From Vicugna vicugna (lineage: Eukaryota), in assembly GCA_013265495.1 (NCBI GenBank), contig MU058478.1:523349-587348 (forward strand): a DNA stretch of 64,000 nt, written 5' to 3'. The position numbers and the translations under genes are program-made. Below are positions 25,184 to 39,669 of this stretch, in pieces. Below the pieces are notes generated by a model. The model did not search any database, had not been told where the DNA came from, and saw only the letters and a program-made list of their open reading frames with translations. Position 1 is the first letter of the stretch; the number at the start of each line of letters is the position of its first letter.

Positions 25184-26749
25184 TGTAATGTGGCAACTAC
25201 TAAAACCCCACTGAAACAGAACCTTTCGACTCTTCTCAGCAAGAAGGTTTCTATTATAATCAAGCTGATTGGGTTTTCCAGAGGGTAAAGGAGTTGGGGT
25301 GTCTGGAAGCTGAAAAATTGACCCTTTTCGTGGAATTTGGCTCAGTGGGGAAAATCTGCATGCAAGTGTCATCACAAAGCCTCAAATGCAAATTCTTCCC
25401 TGCTAACAGCTACTTCTAAGAGTGCTGAAATGAATGGTCTGCTTGTCTTCAGCCTGATTCATTAATTTGTTAACCTTTATTTAGCAACTGCTAGAGGAAA
25501 CAATGCCCAAACAATTAACAGTAAACGTTTCTTTGTATCTTTCAGCATTCCCAGCATTTGCCAGGAGACTTAATTGGAGGAGAGATTGTTACTTTTTGCA
25601 TTTTTTTTTCTGATGGAAACAATAAAAGGCCACTGAATGGCTTCACACAAAGGATCTCTTAAGAGCTGCAAATCGTGTTGTGAAAATGATTTTTCCCCAG
25701 GGCTGCAGATGGTTTCAAATGATGGGTTTTGAGTTTGCCACTTGGAATCAGGCTGACAAGAAGACTACGCGAGTTATTTTTGTATTAAAACACTTGCACG
25801 CATCGGTAAGTGAAGAATTTGAACTTGAGAACATATCGATTTTAAAATGCGCCATGATCCATATATCAATGAGTTAGACAGTGAGGGCAGTCTCTGTTCC
25901 TAACAACCATATCCACGTGGGAAAAAAATTATGTGACCAGCCGGCGAGAATCGTTGTAAAGTTACAGGGAAATAAAAGTTGCATCTTCATAAATTTCGGT
26001 GGAAAGAGTCTCTGATTTGAAAGACACTTTTAAAGTTAAAGTCACCTGAGCTTTCTGTTAAAGCTGGATTCGTTTTGTTACACCATTCACTAAAAAAAAA
26101 ACAAAACAAAACAAACAAAAAAAAAACTCCTGTGTTCCCAATTCTATTTGCTGCATCTGAAAATCACCTCATTCTACTGGTTTCAATAACGCCAGTGATA
26201 AAATCTTTCTGCAGACAGAAAACCCTGCAGAGTATGACAACCGACCCCCCCACACACACACACAGACCCCCTGACATCGATTTGTTTTCCTGTTTATGTG
26301 ACAATGATCAGATCTGCAATCTTAGCCAAGAGGGGGAATCCTTGAAGCAATGATTCAACCTTATTCTCAGCTTTAAAACCAGAACAGCCTGCATCTGGAA
26401 ATTATCTTGTGTGACTCCCGAAAAAGAAGAAATAAACACACACACACACATTTATGGCAATAGAAAGATATTTTCTCATATGGATTCACTAATCTCACTG
26501 CTTTGACTGAAACTCTTAGACTCACATCGTGCAAAGAATACGGAATTTCCTCTGGTCACAGTGCATTTTCTCCAGGAATGTAACCTGACAGGTTGACTCT
26601 TTTCACTTCAGACAATTTGGGTGGCCCCTGAACTCTGTTCTCAAAGACTAATATAGGAAAAAATACATAACTGGATATCTAAAACAATACATGATCATGA
26701 GAATATAATTATGGATAGAAATATGGAAGAAATAAATCTTATTTATTAT

Positions 26750-27597
26750 TATTTTTTAATTGAAGTACAGTCAGTTACAATGTGTCAGTATCTGGTGTGC
26801 AGCACAATGTCCCAGTCATGCATAGATATATAGATATATAATATATATATATTAATTTTCATATTCTTTTTATTAAAGGTTATTATAAGATATTCAATAC
26901 AGTTCTCTGTGCTATACAGAAGAAATCTGTTTATCTATTTTTACATAGAATGGTTACCATTTGCAAATCTCAAATTCCCGAATTTATCCCTTCCCAGCCT
27001 CTTTCCCCCGGTAACCATAAGATTGTTTACGATGTTCGCAAGTCTGTTTCTGTTTTGTAGATGAGTTCATTAGTGTCCTATTTTTTTTCTTTTTTTTTTT
27101 TTTAGATTCCNNNNNNNNNNNNNNNNNNNNNNNNNNNNNNNNNNNNNNNNNNNNNNNNNNNNNNNNNNNNNNNNNNNNNNNNNNNNNNNNNNNNNNNNNN
27201 NNNNNNNNNNNNNNNNNNNNNNNNNNNNNNNNNNNNNNNNNNNNNNNNNNNNNNNNNNNNNNNNNNNNNNNNNNNNNNNNNNNNNNNNNNNNNNNNNNNN
27301 NNNNNNNNNNNNNNNNNNNNNNNNNNNNNNNNNNNNNNNNNNNNNNNNNNNNNNNNNNNNNNNNNNNNNNNNNNNNNNNNNNNNNNNNNNNNNNNNNNNN
27401 NNNNNNNNNNNNNNNNNNNNNNNNNNNNNNNNNNNNNNNNNNNNNNNNNNNNCCATACTGTTTTCCACAGTGGCTGCACCAAACTGCATTCCCACCAGCA
27501 GTGTAGGAGGGTTCCCTTTTCTCCACAGCCTCTCCCGCATTTGTCATTTGTGGACTTTTGAATGATGGCCATTCTGACTGGTGTGAGGTGATACCTC
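26750..27597 (-). mobile_element. Young L1 3' portion spanning an assembly gap
   Basis: [37 protein letters not shown] on the minus strand, plus 3' UTR. Confidence 0.93.
27111..27452. other. Assembly gap (N run)
   Basis: N characters. Confidence 1.
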
Positions 27598-27754
27598 CCT
27601 GTAGTTCTTATTTTTATTTTTTTAAATGCCAGTATTAAAAACCATCCATGATCCACATGTCAAGTTGGACCATGTGAAACTGCTTATATTTGACTCATTT
27701 GACTAATTGATCTGTTAACATAATAGAAAAACCATAATTTATGGGCTGAGCAAA

Positions 27755-27890
27755 CCCTGAATGTGACTTGTAGCTCCACTATCTCTAGTCCAGTGATTTG
27801 GGGCAAATGTCTTGGAATTCTTAAATCTCAGTTTCCTCATCTGTATAACAGGATAATATTGATACTTATTTGAAAAGTTTGCTGTTAGGA
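27755..27890 (+). mobile_element. MIR SINE
   Basis: gtgatttggggcaaatg...tctcagtttcctcatctgtataacaggataata. Confidence 0.75.
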
Positions 27891-28199
27891 CCCAAAAAAT
27901 CACATTTCCTGTTCCTTTTTCACAAAATAATTTACACCGTGCACAGGAAAGTAGAAGCAGAATTGGTCTGTTTTTAAATGTAATTAACAGAATGGGCAGT
28001 GTTTTTAAAGTCCATCATTTGGTGACACTCCAGGAATGTTACTGTCTTGACTCATTATCTCAACTACATCAGCTTAAAATGAATACAAAGTGTCCTCGAT
28101 CATCTCTAAGTGTTACTCTGTTCCTTTTGCATGTTTATTATTCTTATGTGTTAATGATTTTTCAACAGACAATGACTGTACATAACCCTATCCTTGTGT

Positions 28200-28285
28200 A
28201 CAAGAATGAAATAATGCCATTTGCAGCAACATGCATGGACCTGGAGGTTGTTCTCCTAAATGAGATAAGCCAGAAAGAGAAAGAG
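28200..28285 (+). mobile_element. Short L1 ORF2 end fragment
   Basis: KNEIMPFAATCMDLEVVLLNEISQKEKE. Confidence 0.85.
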
Positions 28286-29940
28286 GCATTTCTTCCTGTT
28301 CAAAGAGTTCTTTTCCATCAACAGTTTTTAAGTGGACATTAGCAACCTTGTGGATGTCGATGGAGAAATAGTCAAGGCGAGATTTTTCCATTTAAATGGA
28401 TATAAAATGGAACATTCCTTACCGTTTACCAAAACCCATGGATATTTAAGAATATCATATGCTCAGATTTCAAATTAATATTCAAGTGGAAGAGTTAATA
28501 TTTAAAGAAAAAACATTTCTAATCTAAGTGCATTGTCAATTACAAATTATTATAAAATATGTATATTTCCAATTTATCACTGAGCAATTCTATCATATTT
28601 TCCAGTACCACATGAGACGTTATTTAAAAATGTCTTATATGGAGGGTTATAAGCAGATTCTTTTTAATCTCACTTGACATCCAAATTGAAATTGCAGGTT
28701 TTATTTTCAGAGGACACAGTTTTGGTTGGTTCAGTTTGATAATTTAACTTGGCATTAAGGTTAATGAACTTTAATGGATGTGTTCATATTTCAAGAGTAT
28801 GTTCTTGTCTCTCGAGTTTGTTGGTATTTGCAGTTTACAAATTCTACCTTCATTTTCTTTTTATAGGTAATTGATGAAAAAAAATACTCAACCATGATAC
28901 GGTATTTTTTAAACAAGAAGAAATGGTGGTTGCTTTTCATTTTCTGAATTGTAAGAGGTGGTTATGACAAGAAAGTGTTTCTGAACAATGAGAATAAAGA
29001 GAATAAAAGAATCAAAAAAAAAAGGAAGTGCTTATTTATTTTAAGGCTGATTGAAGAATTACCTGCCTGTTAAGTATTTGTTCATAACTCTTATTACTGT
29101 TCACATATTGAACTTGTATTTCTAGGATAAAACTTAATGGAAGTTGCGTTAAAAAATAATTTCCACTCTGCACCTTTTTTTGTTATTCTCACCCAAATCC
29201 TTTTTGCCAGCCTTAGATATAGAATTCTCACGTTCAGATGGCTGGTTTCTTTGTGTTTAGGAGATTACAGCTGAATGCTAAATTTTATCTGCGCTCAGAG
29301 CTAACAATACAGATAAAAATAGCCCACTGGACGAGTTCTGCATTTAGGAAAAAAAGCATATAATTGTGCTTCCATTGTATTCTGGTATTATTCAAATTGC
29401 CTCATTAAACAGACAAAGCAATAAATTTTTAGTTGCACTTTTACTTTTCAGCAAACCTGAAAAAGTAAGTTGAGAGGCTCGTCCATGATACACTGAAAAC
29501 CAGACTTGAAATTTCATTCCGTCCTCCAAACATTCTTCGGAAAGTTTCCATGGCGAACATGAGCATGGTTTTCTTTATGGCTTCTTAATATTTCAGAACA
29601 TAGGTTTACAAATCTCAGAGCAAACCGAGTCCAAATTCTCCCTTCCAGAAGGAGTGCACGCGTAAATAGAAAGGAATCTAGTCTTCTAGCATTTTCTGCC
29701 CCAGTGCTCATCCTGGGGATGTGATCTGGCCAAAATATATGTTGGTATAGATAAGGAGTAATGAACCCTACTTTCCGCTAAATTTTCTTTTTTTTCCAGA
29801 AAACTCTGTTTATTTGTTTATTGCAACGGCATTCAAAATCACTCTCTTTACGTCTTTTAAGACTGTAAAAACATGCAGTTATGCCATACACATTACAGGA
29901 CAGCAAAATAAACCAGCAAACAAATGAAAGGGGAAGTTTG

Positions 29941-30070
29941 AGGGGGAGGGTGTAGCTCAGGGGTGGAGCACATGCTTAGCATGCATGAGGCCCTGGGTTC
30001 AACCTCCAGTGCCTCCATTAAAAGTAAATAAATAATACCAACCCCCAAAACAAACAAACAAAAACCAGAA
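29941..30070 (+). mobile_element. Vic-1-like tRNA-derived SINE
   Basis: gggggagggtgtagctcagggtggagc...ctgggttcaacctccag. Confidence 0.9.
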
Positions 30071-32834
30071 AAGCAAAGCTTACCAGGAAGCTGTCCTCCT
30101 GGTCAAAACCAGAAGCTTGGAAACGCAGATGGAGAATTCTAAATAAGCTAAAAAGAAATTTTGCTAAAGGCCATTAATACAAGACATCAAAAAGATTTCC
30201 TTGAGAATGTTACTTGCTAATTCTGGTAGCGAAATTTTCCCCATTTTCTATAAATCTGAAATTGCCTTCATGTTCCCAACGTTCACCCTTTGCTTTGAAA
30301 ACCAAAATGCCCTCCAAATATGCCATCCACACAGCAGATACTCTGAAAATGCCTGCTGATCGTTGGGTGGATTGGATTTAGGGGAAATCAGCTAAAGTTG
30401 CATAGATCTCCGATTAAACAATCATTGCCTGGTAGGAAAGTGATGAATGAAAGAAAAGGTCCATGGGTCCCCTCAAGCCACATCTTCTCTGGGGGCCCAA
30501 GTCGTCCAGTGCTAATGACCTCCACATTACGTTTTCATCCAGACATGGCTTCCATTCTCCAGACCCATGAATCCAAGGACCTAAATGATACTGTACATAT
30601 AATTTCTCCAACTAAATGTGCAAAGCCGAACTCCCGATTTTGCCATTCCAGACATCACTTCCTGTGGTTTTCCATCTATCAGTAATTGTCACACTATTAA
30701 CCCTGTTACTTGCAGACAACGAAATCAAAGACTTATTCATGGCAACTTCTTCCTCCTTATGTCTATAAATTCATTACCAATTTGACTGACACGTTTCAGG
30801 TATATCTTCAATTAGTCTACGTGTTCTCATGTTCCCACATCCCACCACCTTGTGCTTAGCTGCCTTCACCAAGCTTCAGCTCAGGTGAAATGTCAGGTTT
30901 GGACCACTCGAAATCCATGGGAACCCCTTTTTATTACCTATGATAGTATGCTGTTTGGTTAATTTCTTGCACTTAGAATCTATAATCATATTTTTAATTT
31001 TTGCACATTCTTAGTTTGTAAGTTCCACAAAGGCAAACACCTTGTCCACTTTGGGCAATCTGTTCTCCAAGATTCTAGAGTTTTTCATTCCCAATACTTG
31101 ACATCTGTCATAATCAGGTTATTGCCAGACGTTTTCCAATAACTTGCCTTCTGCCCAAAATGGAGCAACCCAGAGGCATCCACTCAGATTCACCCCTTTC
31201 AGGTTAGGGAAATCTCGGGTCTAAATGCAATGATTCCCAGGGCTCCTCCCCACCCTCTTCCCTCCACAGAGCTTGGCTCCAGGAAGACCAGACAGAGCAG
31301 GGTCCTGGGGGTCCTGTCAGCATCAGAGCCATCAGCCCCCCACCCCCACATGCTGCCCCTCCTGGTCCAACATGTGTCCTGTCAACCCTGTCCCGCTTCC
31401 AGACCCAGCCCACATCCAGCCAGCTCATGTCACCTTACTGTTCTCCCTGTCTCTGCAATTATGCAGTCAAATCATGGAAAACATTCCTCTCTACACAATT
31501 CTAAAATTTTTAAGGTGGTTTGAATGTCTACATGTTCTCAGACAACCATATTAATAACTCTGTGGTTTATGGTGATTTTCTAGCAAGTGTATACAACTCT
31601 GTTTTCCTCATTGCCAAAATGTTATGACCGAATAATGTCTTTTGTACTGATTTGTTCTTTGTTTGTTTGTTTTAATAATACTCTTACAATTTCCCAGGAG
31701 TCTTAGGAATGAGCTGGGGACTAATGCTTGTTTAATGACAATGATGCAACCAACTGTTTACTATCTGCTTCACAAAGCAGGAAATTTCATTTTTCCCAAA
31801 AACATTACGTATCAGTCTCTGACTACTTTGGAGGTTACAGTGTGATTAATATTTTCAGGCAAAAGAGGAAAAGAAATCAGTGATTTCTTTTCTTTTTTTT
31901 TTTTAACCTCCAAACTGAAGACTTTTTTACTTGTTTAAGGACTGGGCACAATCTGAAATTTGAAATTTTATAAATATTGTACTCCAATGTTGAAAATTAC
32001 CCCAGCTAGTAGAGGATGACACATTGGTCTGGAATCTTGTCACCTACAGATTTTATTTTTAGATCAAAACGGTTTCTATGATTTATGTTTAAATCAAATA
32101 TACGGAGAAATCGAGAGAAACTTAGAAATTTTACATTTTGATTATTTCTTACGGTTTTCTGCCTTTTAAAGGTGTATGTCTTCTTATTTCTCTTCCCTGG
32201 GTTGCTAATCAGAGTCTATATTATTTTCATGAAGATTAAGTACATCATTTATATAGTTTTGCCCCCTCCCCTCAAAAAGACGTAATTAGATTTCCCATCA
32301 ATTACAGTCTTGGGTCTGAGACTTTACCAGGTTTAGTTGTCTTCATTCATTTGTTTACACAACACAGAGGAGACCTCGTACGCCATGTTGTTTCAGCCCA
32401 TAAAATTTTAAATGATAGTCTTCATCCATCATATTAATAGTCCAATTAAGAGCGCACAGCGGGCGGTGGTTCTGTCTGATTTACCCCCCCCACCCCCCGG
32501 CAAATAATCCGATGCTGTTTCTAGTGTGACTCATGGCATTGAGGTCACTGGGGAGACTAGATTTAAACCTGTGAGTCCACTTCTATTAATGCCAAATATA
32601 GTGTTTTTAGGCAGCAAAATATTCAGAGTGTAGTTCTCATCAGAAGCATAAAGGAAGGAACCCCAAAGCGAGGTCTTCTCAGCTGATGTGAAACCCATTC
32701 ACCGCCCAGTGCTAATGATAAACTATTAAAAGTGTGCCATTTTCCAGGGTGCCTGGACCTCTCGTGAGGGTTTTGATGGCACCGCTAATCAATGGATGAA
32801 AATGCTATCAGTTGTCTACACGGGTCTCTTTCAA

Positions 32835-33298
32835 TGTATCGACTGAAATAAACGCACAGCCGAAAAGTTGAGGGTTATGTTTTATTTGGCAGGAGGACTC
32901 GAGCCGGGATGACAGCCTCTCAGATGCTCTGAGGGACCGCACCCAAGAGGTAGGGGAGGAGCCAGGATGTATAGGAGCTTTACAACAAAGGCCAGGTCAT
33001 TGGAACATTAAAGATTACTTGTTAACCAAAGATAACCAGGCATCTGAAGTTAAAGAATTCAGTGCTTTTCTATGTGTGGGAGGGAGCAGACATTTGGGCT
33101 CATTGTATTCATTCCTTTGACAAGCACCTGGCTACCCAGGGCCAGTGCCCTGCCCTTTCTTATTCTGAGTCCCCTCAGGGTGCATCCTTGTGAGTGGCTG
33201 CAGGCTGGTCCTCACTGGGGGGTGGGGCAGCCGCTGATGGCTTGATGGCTTCAGCCTTCTTTGTTTACTGATCTTGTTTGCAGTATTTTTCATTCACA
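32835..33298 (-). mobile_element. Solo ERV1-type LTR
   Basis: TG...CA termini, ~460 bp, minus-strand AATAAA (ttttatt near 32880) close to the end; resembles artiodactyl ERV1 LTRs. Confidence 0.7.
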
Positions 33299-33884
33299 AA
33301 TATAAAATATTCCCCATTATTAGTGGGGTCATCCTCACCAAGCTGAAGCTTCATCTAAGTAATGAGCAACATTAATCAAAGTTCAGCTGGAGTAATCAGG
33401 CTGCAGACAACGCAACCACTGAAAAAGTCTGCTAATTAGGGCTTCAAGTGGAAGTGAGGGATTTTATTCTCAGATAAACTATCACTCTTGGAGATCATGC
33501 ACTGAAAACATTGAACCCTAGTAGGAAAAATCAGTGAGGTAGCTGTCCGTGATCACCTACAGAACAACGTCTTCAACAATGGTCAGGAATGGAATATATT
33601 TGCATAATATGCCATCACAGTGCCCAGAGGTGTTTTTTGCATAATGCCCCATTTGTCAAGTTTCATCTCGGATTAGCATAATGTTTTTATCGAGCCACTG
33701 AAGGAGGCTGAGTCCATTCTGTGTTGCTTGCCTGCGTTTAGCGTGGAACAAACAGAAATGACAAAGTTCCAGGTAAACGAAGTCAGCTTGGGCGAAAATG
33801 GCAGGAGAATAAGGGAAAATGAGGGGTGAGGAGTGATTGCATCCAAGCACTTGCCTAACCATTATTCACTCACTCCAGTAAACA

Positions 33885-34322
33885 CAATACAAATGGACAC
33901 CTGTGAATAGGCTACCTTTCATGACAAGAGGGACTTTGCTTGTGTGATTAAATTAAGGATCTCGAGATGGAGAAATGAACCTGGATGATCCAGGTGGGCC
34001 AAAACAATTAAAAATAATAATAAAAAAAAGAATTCTTGTTAAAGAGATGGATATAGGAGTCAGAGTGAAAGAGATTTGATGGTGTTAGTTTGCTGGCTCT
34101 CAGTGTGGAAACGGTGAATGCAAGACTCTCTAGAAAACTGGAAAAGGCAAGAAAAGAGATTCTCACATGGAGAGGAACGCAGCCCTGTAGACACCTTGAG
34201 TTTAGCCCAGTGAGAACCGTTTGCAACCTCTGACCTCCAAACCGTGAGATAATAAATGTGTGTGGTTTTAAGCCGCTAAGTATATGGCAATGTGTTATGG
34301 CAGCCCACAGAAAATTTATAGT
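33885..34322 (+). mobile_element. MLT1 (ERVL-MaLR) LTR
   Basis: agggactttgc..gtgattaaattaaggatctcgagatg; ggaaaaggcaagaaa..gattctc; ataaatgtgtgtggttttaagccgctaagt. Confidence 0.85.
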
Positions 34323-34722
34323 AACACCCAGGTTATATCTGCCTTCAATTCCTGTATGTTATTGATCTGGATGTCTCCCATTTGCATCTCAAAATCCACT
34401 TTTTGTTAGAACCTCACCACGATATTCCTCAATTATCTTCCTTAAACGGACATTGGTGAGCAACTCAAGGTGCTTGAAATTCTGTTGTTTTCAAGAAGCT
34501 TATGGGTTTTAGGAGAAAGGAGAGACCCCTTCTTGCTGGGGAAGTCACCAATAGCTTTGTTGTCACTGATTATTGCAGTAAATAATCCCCTTTCTTAAAT
34601 TTTACCGGACACTACAAAAAAAAAAAAAACTTTTCTGACAAAATGAGGAATAAATGCCTCCACTTGGTATTCACGACACCCCAAATCTGCAGTCTTCTGG
34701 ACCACTCACCACCGGTTATAAA

Positions 34723-35269
34723 TGTGACCAAACACAAGTTACAGTACCCACTGCTCAAAAGCCAGTAATCAAGATGCAAGTGTTGGTAGAAAGGAAAGTT
34801 GATTTAATCAAAAAGCCGACAATCCTGGGAGGTGGCAGACTCGTGTCCCAGAGCCAGTTCTGAATATTCTGCTGGGCCATGAAAGTTTTTTTTAAGAAGA
34901 AAACCAGAAAGTATCTCGTTAGTCATTAAGGTAGGAGGCCGGATTCTCTGTCATTTTTGCACAGTGTGCAGACTTGCTGATTCCTCCTCATCTTTCTTGG
35001 GATGGTCTCTTGACCCTGTGGTCCGTCTGCAAATGTGCTAAGTGGGAAGCTGCGGGTAGAGCGTCCATCATTGTTTAACTACTTCATTCTTCCTTTTTAC
35101 TCCTTTTAATCCAGGAAAGGAATCAACAGGTTAGTCAAAACATTGTGTGCATTTGGTAGAGGAGGGGTCAGGTGTTATGTTACACGTAACCTAGTGATCT
35201 CATGTGTATAATTAAGGTCTGAGGGGAACCCAGATGAACAAACAGAAAAAGGGCAAAAGTCTGCTTACA
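34723..35269 (-). mobile_element. Probable solo ERV1-type LTR
   Basis: tgtgaccaaacacaagtt...gtgttggtagaaaggaaag...ctgcttaca; TG..CA ends. Confidence 0.6.
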
Positions 35270-36099
35270 TATGTGCAAAAAACTAGAAAATCAGATGATC
35301 TGACAAAGGAGTTTAGGTCTATCTTCTTCTGCCAAGTCAGACCCATGTTGACATACAGTGAATTCAGTTTGGGAAATGTTTTGATTTTTTTTTAATAGGT
35401 GTGCAGTTTATTTGAAACTGGAGAAACTGAGAATCTGGGAACCTTGATTCTAACAAATCAACAAATAACAAATGTGCCACTTTGGGCACATTTCTTCAGC
35501 CACACGCCCGGAGTCGCCCTCACCTCGGTCTCTTTGCCTTTCTTGCATGGTCTCCATTAACCAACCTCATGCTGCAGAAAGTTGAAATCTTGAAATTGCT
35601 TCTGATTGACACTTGCTCAGTCAGAGACCCGTCAAAGGCAGATAAGAATTCACCTTTCAATTCAATGATGACTTTTCCTCTTAAAACCCATGGCTACTCT
35701 TCCACATCCTGGAGAAATTGAGTGGACACCACCAACACCTGCTCAAGCTCTAACTACATCGCAATCTTGACTGTAAAAGGGACCTTCTTACCACGAGTTC
35801 CTGATCTGGGCCATCTCACCATGTGTCATGAGATCACTCACATCCATTGATATGGTTCCTCGTCCCAAAGGTAAGGACAACTTTACTGTAATGATCTCTG
35901 TTGTTCACATTTTTTTTCTAGGATTTTACTTGGATGAAAGCAATGGTTCAAAATACTGAGTTCATCATAATGTACTGGGCCATGCAAGAGTTCCTTCCTG
36001 GATCTCTACCTTCTGGGCACTTCAGAAACTCTTGGTGGTCCTGCAGGTCCATGCCTCACGTGCAAGCTAATAAGTCTGAGAACTTTTTCTGGCTTGGGG

Positions 36100-36315
36100 A
36101 CTCCTTCCCATGAATATGATGACTGGCCACGTCTAAGATGGTGCCAGATTCCATCAGCCAGCGTATCTGAGAGACCCAACGAACAGAATCACTTTGGTTG
36201 ACAAGAGAATGACAAGAAGTAAGAAGGGTAAATAAAACTCCTGTCATTTTGAGTCACTGACATTTTGAGGCTGTTTGTTACCACAGCATAACCTAAGCTG
36301 TCCTGACTGATACAT
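36100..36315 (+). mobile_element. Old MLT1 LTR 3' part
   Basis: ttttgagtcactgacattttgaggctgtttgttaccacagcataacctaa...gactgatac. Confidence 0.75.
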
Positions 36316-36423
36316 ATACCCACAAAAAATGAGAAAGTGAGAGTGAGAATGAGATTTAAAATAGTGCATTCAGTGAGAGTAAAAGAAATAGAAAACCAGC
36401 AAATATTCAAGAAAGAGCAGAGG

Positions 36424-36760
36424 AATCTTATGGTTACCGGGGGAAAGGGGGTGGGAGGGGATAAATTTGGGAATTTGACATTTGCAAATGTTAAGCACTG
36501 TATATAAAAATAGATTCAGAAAACAAAATTTTTCTGTCTAGCACAGGGAACTATATTCAATATCTCATAATAACCTTTTTTAACCTTTCTATTGATTTAT
36601 AATCATTTTACAATGTTGTAATAACCTTTAATGAAAAAGAATATGAAAATGAATATATGTATGTACCTGCATGACTGGGACATTGTGCTGTGCACCGGGA
36701 ACTGACACATTGTAACTGACTGTACTGCAATTTAAAAAAGAAAAAAAAAGAAAAAAGAAA
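36424..36760 (+). mobile_element. Young L1 3' UTR containing a tiny nested antisense L1
   Basis: aatcttatggttaccgggggaaagggg...actgacacattgtaactgactgtac + polyA. Confidence 0.92.
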
Positions 36761-37844
36761 GAGCAGGGGTATAGACATCTGTTTATCCCCCCTTGTATAT
36801 CCCAAAATTATAGTCCTCATCGTCATAGAACTAACTTATGCAGGTTGACTCATTTCAATGACAGCGTGTACTCAGCATACCAGGGTGACAGTAAATGGTG
36901 CTTTTCATCTATTTATCAAGAAAATAAATGATGACAAAATATCTGTTATGAATTAAGAAATGCATTGCACATTTTTATTTCTAGGCAGCCTCTATATGTA
37001 ATACGTTTGTGGATATTAGAATAATGTAACTATATATATATATATAAAAATATTCCGCCATCCTTAACCAAAAAGTCTCCTCTGACTTTTATTAGTTGTA
37101 GGAATATATTCCAACAGTAATAAAAGAAACAGTGTGAAAGAAATACAGCCACCAAATATATCAGCTCTTGCATTTTTCGTCCAAGGGTACTTGAACATAA
37201 TAAAAGTTATGACAGAAGGTTTTATTATATTTTTCGTTTGGTATTATATCAGAAACATCTTCATATTAATGTGTGGTCATTATAGTGTCTACATTTTCAC
37301 ACTATTTTAAGTAGTCCATAATATTTTATCATATTTCTGTACCACAATTCACTCGCCTAATCGTCTATCTTTCTGCATACGTTTTATTTCTTTGTTTCCA
37401 TTACAGAAACAATGTGGTAAAATATATAAGCTTGCTATATATTTTCCAATTTTGAATGCTATCCTTTGGGTAAATTCTCCAAGGAAAACAATTTTAGGAT
37501 CCAAATTCATACGGTTCTTGTTATGTTTTTTATTATAAATGCATCCATGTACACCTTTTCCCGCAGCTTCTCATAATGGTATAGACATTTTTTTTTCCCA
37601 CCGTAGAATTTGCAGGAAATGTGGCCACACATTTCATTCATGCCTGCTCCCCACCTGCACCCACCTGGCCCTGGGGAGTGGGTTTCTCCATCAGCTCCCT
37701 TCCCAGCCTCGCAGGTGGAAAGAGGAGAGACACCCTCAGATCTTGGCTCCCACTCCTAGAGTCTGCTTCGAAACTTTGTCCATGGAAGGACAGCTCTGAG
37801 AAGAAGAAACAGATTGCCTTGAGACTGAGTTTCTAGAAGGTGAC

Positions 37845-38632
37845 TTTTTTTTTAATTGAAGTACAGTCAGCTAGCAATGTTGTGTTAACTTCTGGTGTAC
37901 AGCACAATGCTTCAGTTACACATATACATATATATATATATTTCTTTTCACATTCTTTTTCAATGTAAGCTATTACAAGACATTGAATATAGTTCCCTGT
38001 GCTGTACAGTAGGACCTTGTTGTTTATCTATTTTATGCATTGTAGTTAAATCTGCAAATTCCAAACTCCCAACTTCTCCCTTCACCCTTCCTTTCCCCAC
38101 CCCGGTAACCATAAGTTTGTTTCAGTTTTGTAAATAAGTTCTTTTGTGTCATTTTTAAAGATTCTACAACAAGTGATGTCATATGGTATTTATCTTTCTC
38201 TTTCTGGCTTACTTCGCTTAGAATAACAATCTCCACGTCCATCCATGTTGCTGCAAATGGCATTGCTTTATCCTTTTTTATGGCTGAGTAGTATTCCATT
38301 GTATAAATACACCACAGCTTCTTTATCCAGTCATCCGTCCATGGACATTTAGGTTGCTTCCATGTCTTGGCTGTTGTAAATAGTGCTGCTGTGAACATTG
38401 GGGTGCATGTGTCTTTTCAAATTAGAATTCCCTCTGGATATATGCCCAGGAGTGGTATTGCTGGATCACATGGTAAGTCTATTTTCAGTCTTTTGAGGAA
38501 TCTCCATACTGGTTTCCACAGTGGCTGCACCAAACTGCATCCCCACCTGCAGTGGAGGAGGACTCCCTTTTCTCCACAGCCTCTCCAGCATTTGCCATTT
38601 GTGAACTTTTGAATGATGGCCATTCTGACTGG
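37845..38632 (-). mobile_element. Young L1 (ORF2 C-terminus + 3' UTR)
   Basis: [42 protein letters not shown]... ORF 38033..38398. Confidence 0.96.
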
Positions 38633-39229
38633 TACTCTCTTCTGAAAATACAGGCATTCACTCTACAAGCCTTGCTGGGAAGACTTAGTTCTTGCAGAAG
38701 GAAATGCAGAATAGGAAGGCGGGCCATCGACCAGGGGTGAGAAGTGGCCTCCTGTCCTCTCTCTGTGACTTTCCTGAGCTCCAGACTCTGAGATCTATTA
38801 AAATGCTTTAAAGACTTCCTACAAGAGATAGGGTGTCTACGTACAGGATGGGAGGTGGACAGCTCTGTTCCAAGCCAAAGAAGTATCTCTGGAGGACCCC
38901 ATGGATGGGAACCTGGGCATGGTCCTCAGCAGTAGACTGGGAAGAGTGAGTGCAAAGGGGGACAGACAAGTTCCAAGAGAGGAGTAGTCTGGCGGAAACT
39001 CTGTTTTGAGGTCCAGGGTCCTGCTGTGAAGGTAGCAGATGCAAATAAGCCAGGAGACTTGGGGTTAAAAACCTCCTTTATATCCAGACACTGACACAGC
39101 CTGGAGACATCCTGGTTGATAGGAGACAGACAACGAAAGAGATCTGGATATAAAAATCATTGATATTATTTAAATTTTCTAAACTTGATTATTACAGAGT
39201 TTGAGGCAGGCTTATCTCATGGGAAGGAG

Positions 39230-39560
39230 CTTGTATCTAGAGTCTTAACTTCCCATATTTTCTAGATGTGTGAGCTTATGTTCTCCAGAATAGGGAAGAA
39301 CGCAGTTCTGATGGGAATCTTGTGAGGTTTAAAAGCTGGGATGATGAGGACATTACCCAGAGTTAACATTTATTATCTGCTGGAGACAGTGCACTCAGAT
39401 CTTCCCCAACTTCTGCATTTAACCCTACGATATTATAACATGTGCCACTATGATTTCTTCCCTGCAGAGGAGAAAACTGAGTCAGGGAAGCAAAGGGCGG
39501 CATTGCCTCTCAGGAGTATTGTCGCGTGCAGGTGGCCAAGAGATGCTGGGAACTGAGCTG
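39230..39560. mobile_element. Degenerate MIR fragments
   Basis: cttgtgaggtttaaa; gcagaggagaaaactgagtcaggga. Confidence 0.5.
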
Positions 39561-39669
39561 GTCCTCTCTTTCCAGGGTATAAATTGTTAGTATTCTTCCT
39601 CCCTTGATTTTGGGTTTTGCACAATATGGCTTATTAAACTGTCCAGTTCTATGCATGCGGATGTGTTTT

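Noticed and set aside
26984..27656. Long ORFs spanning X runs (also 48397-48807)
   Set aside because: Artefacts of N gaps inside L1 elements.
38033..38623. L1 ORF2 C-terminal ORFs as functional CDS
   Set aside because: All L1 copies are 5'-truncated and lack intact ORF1, endonuclease and RT regions.
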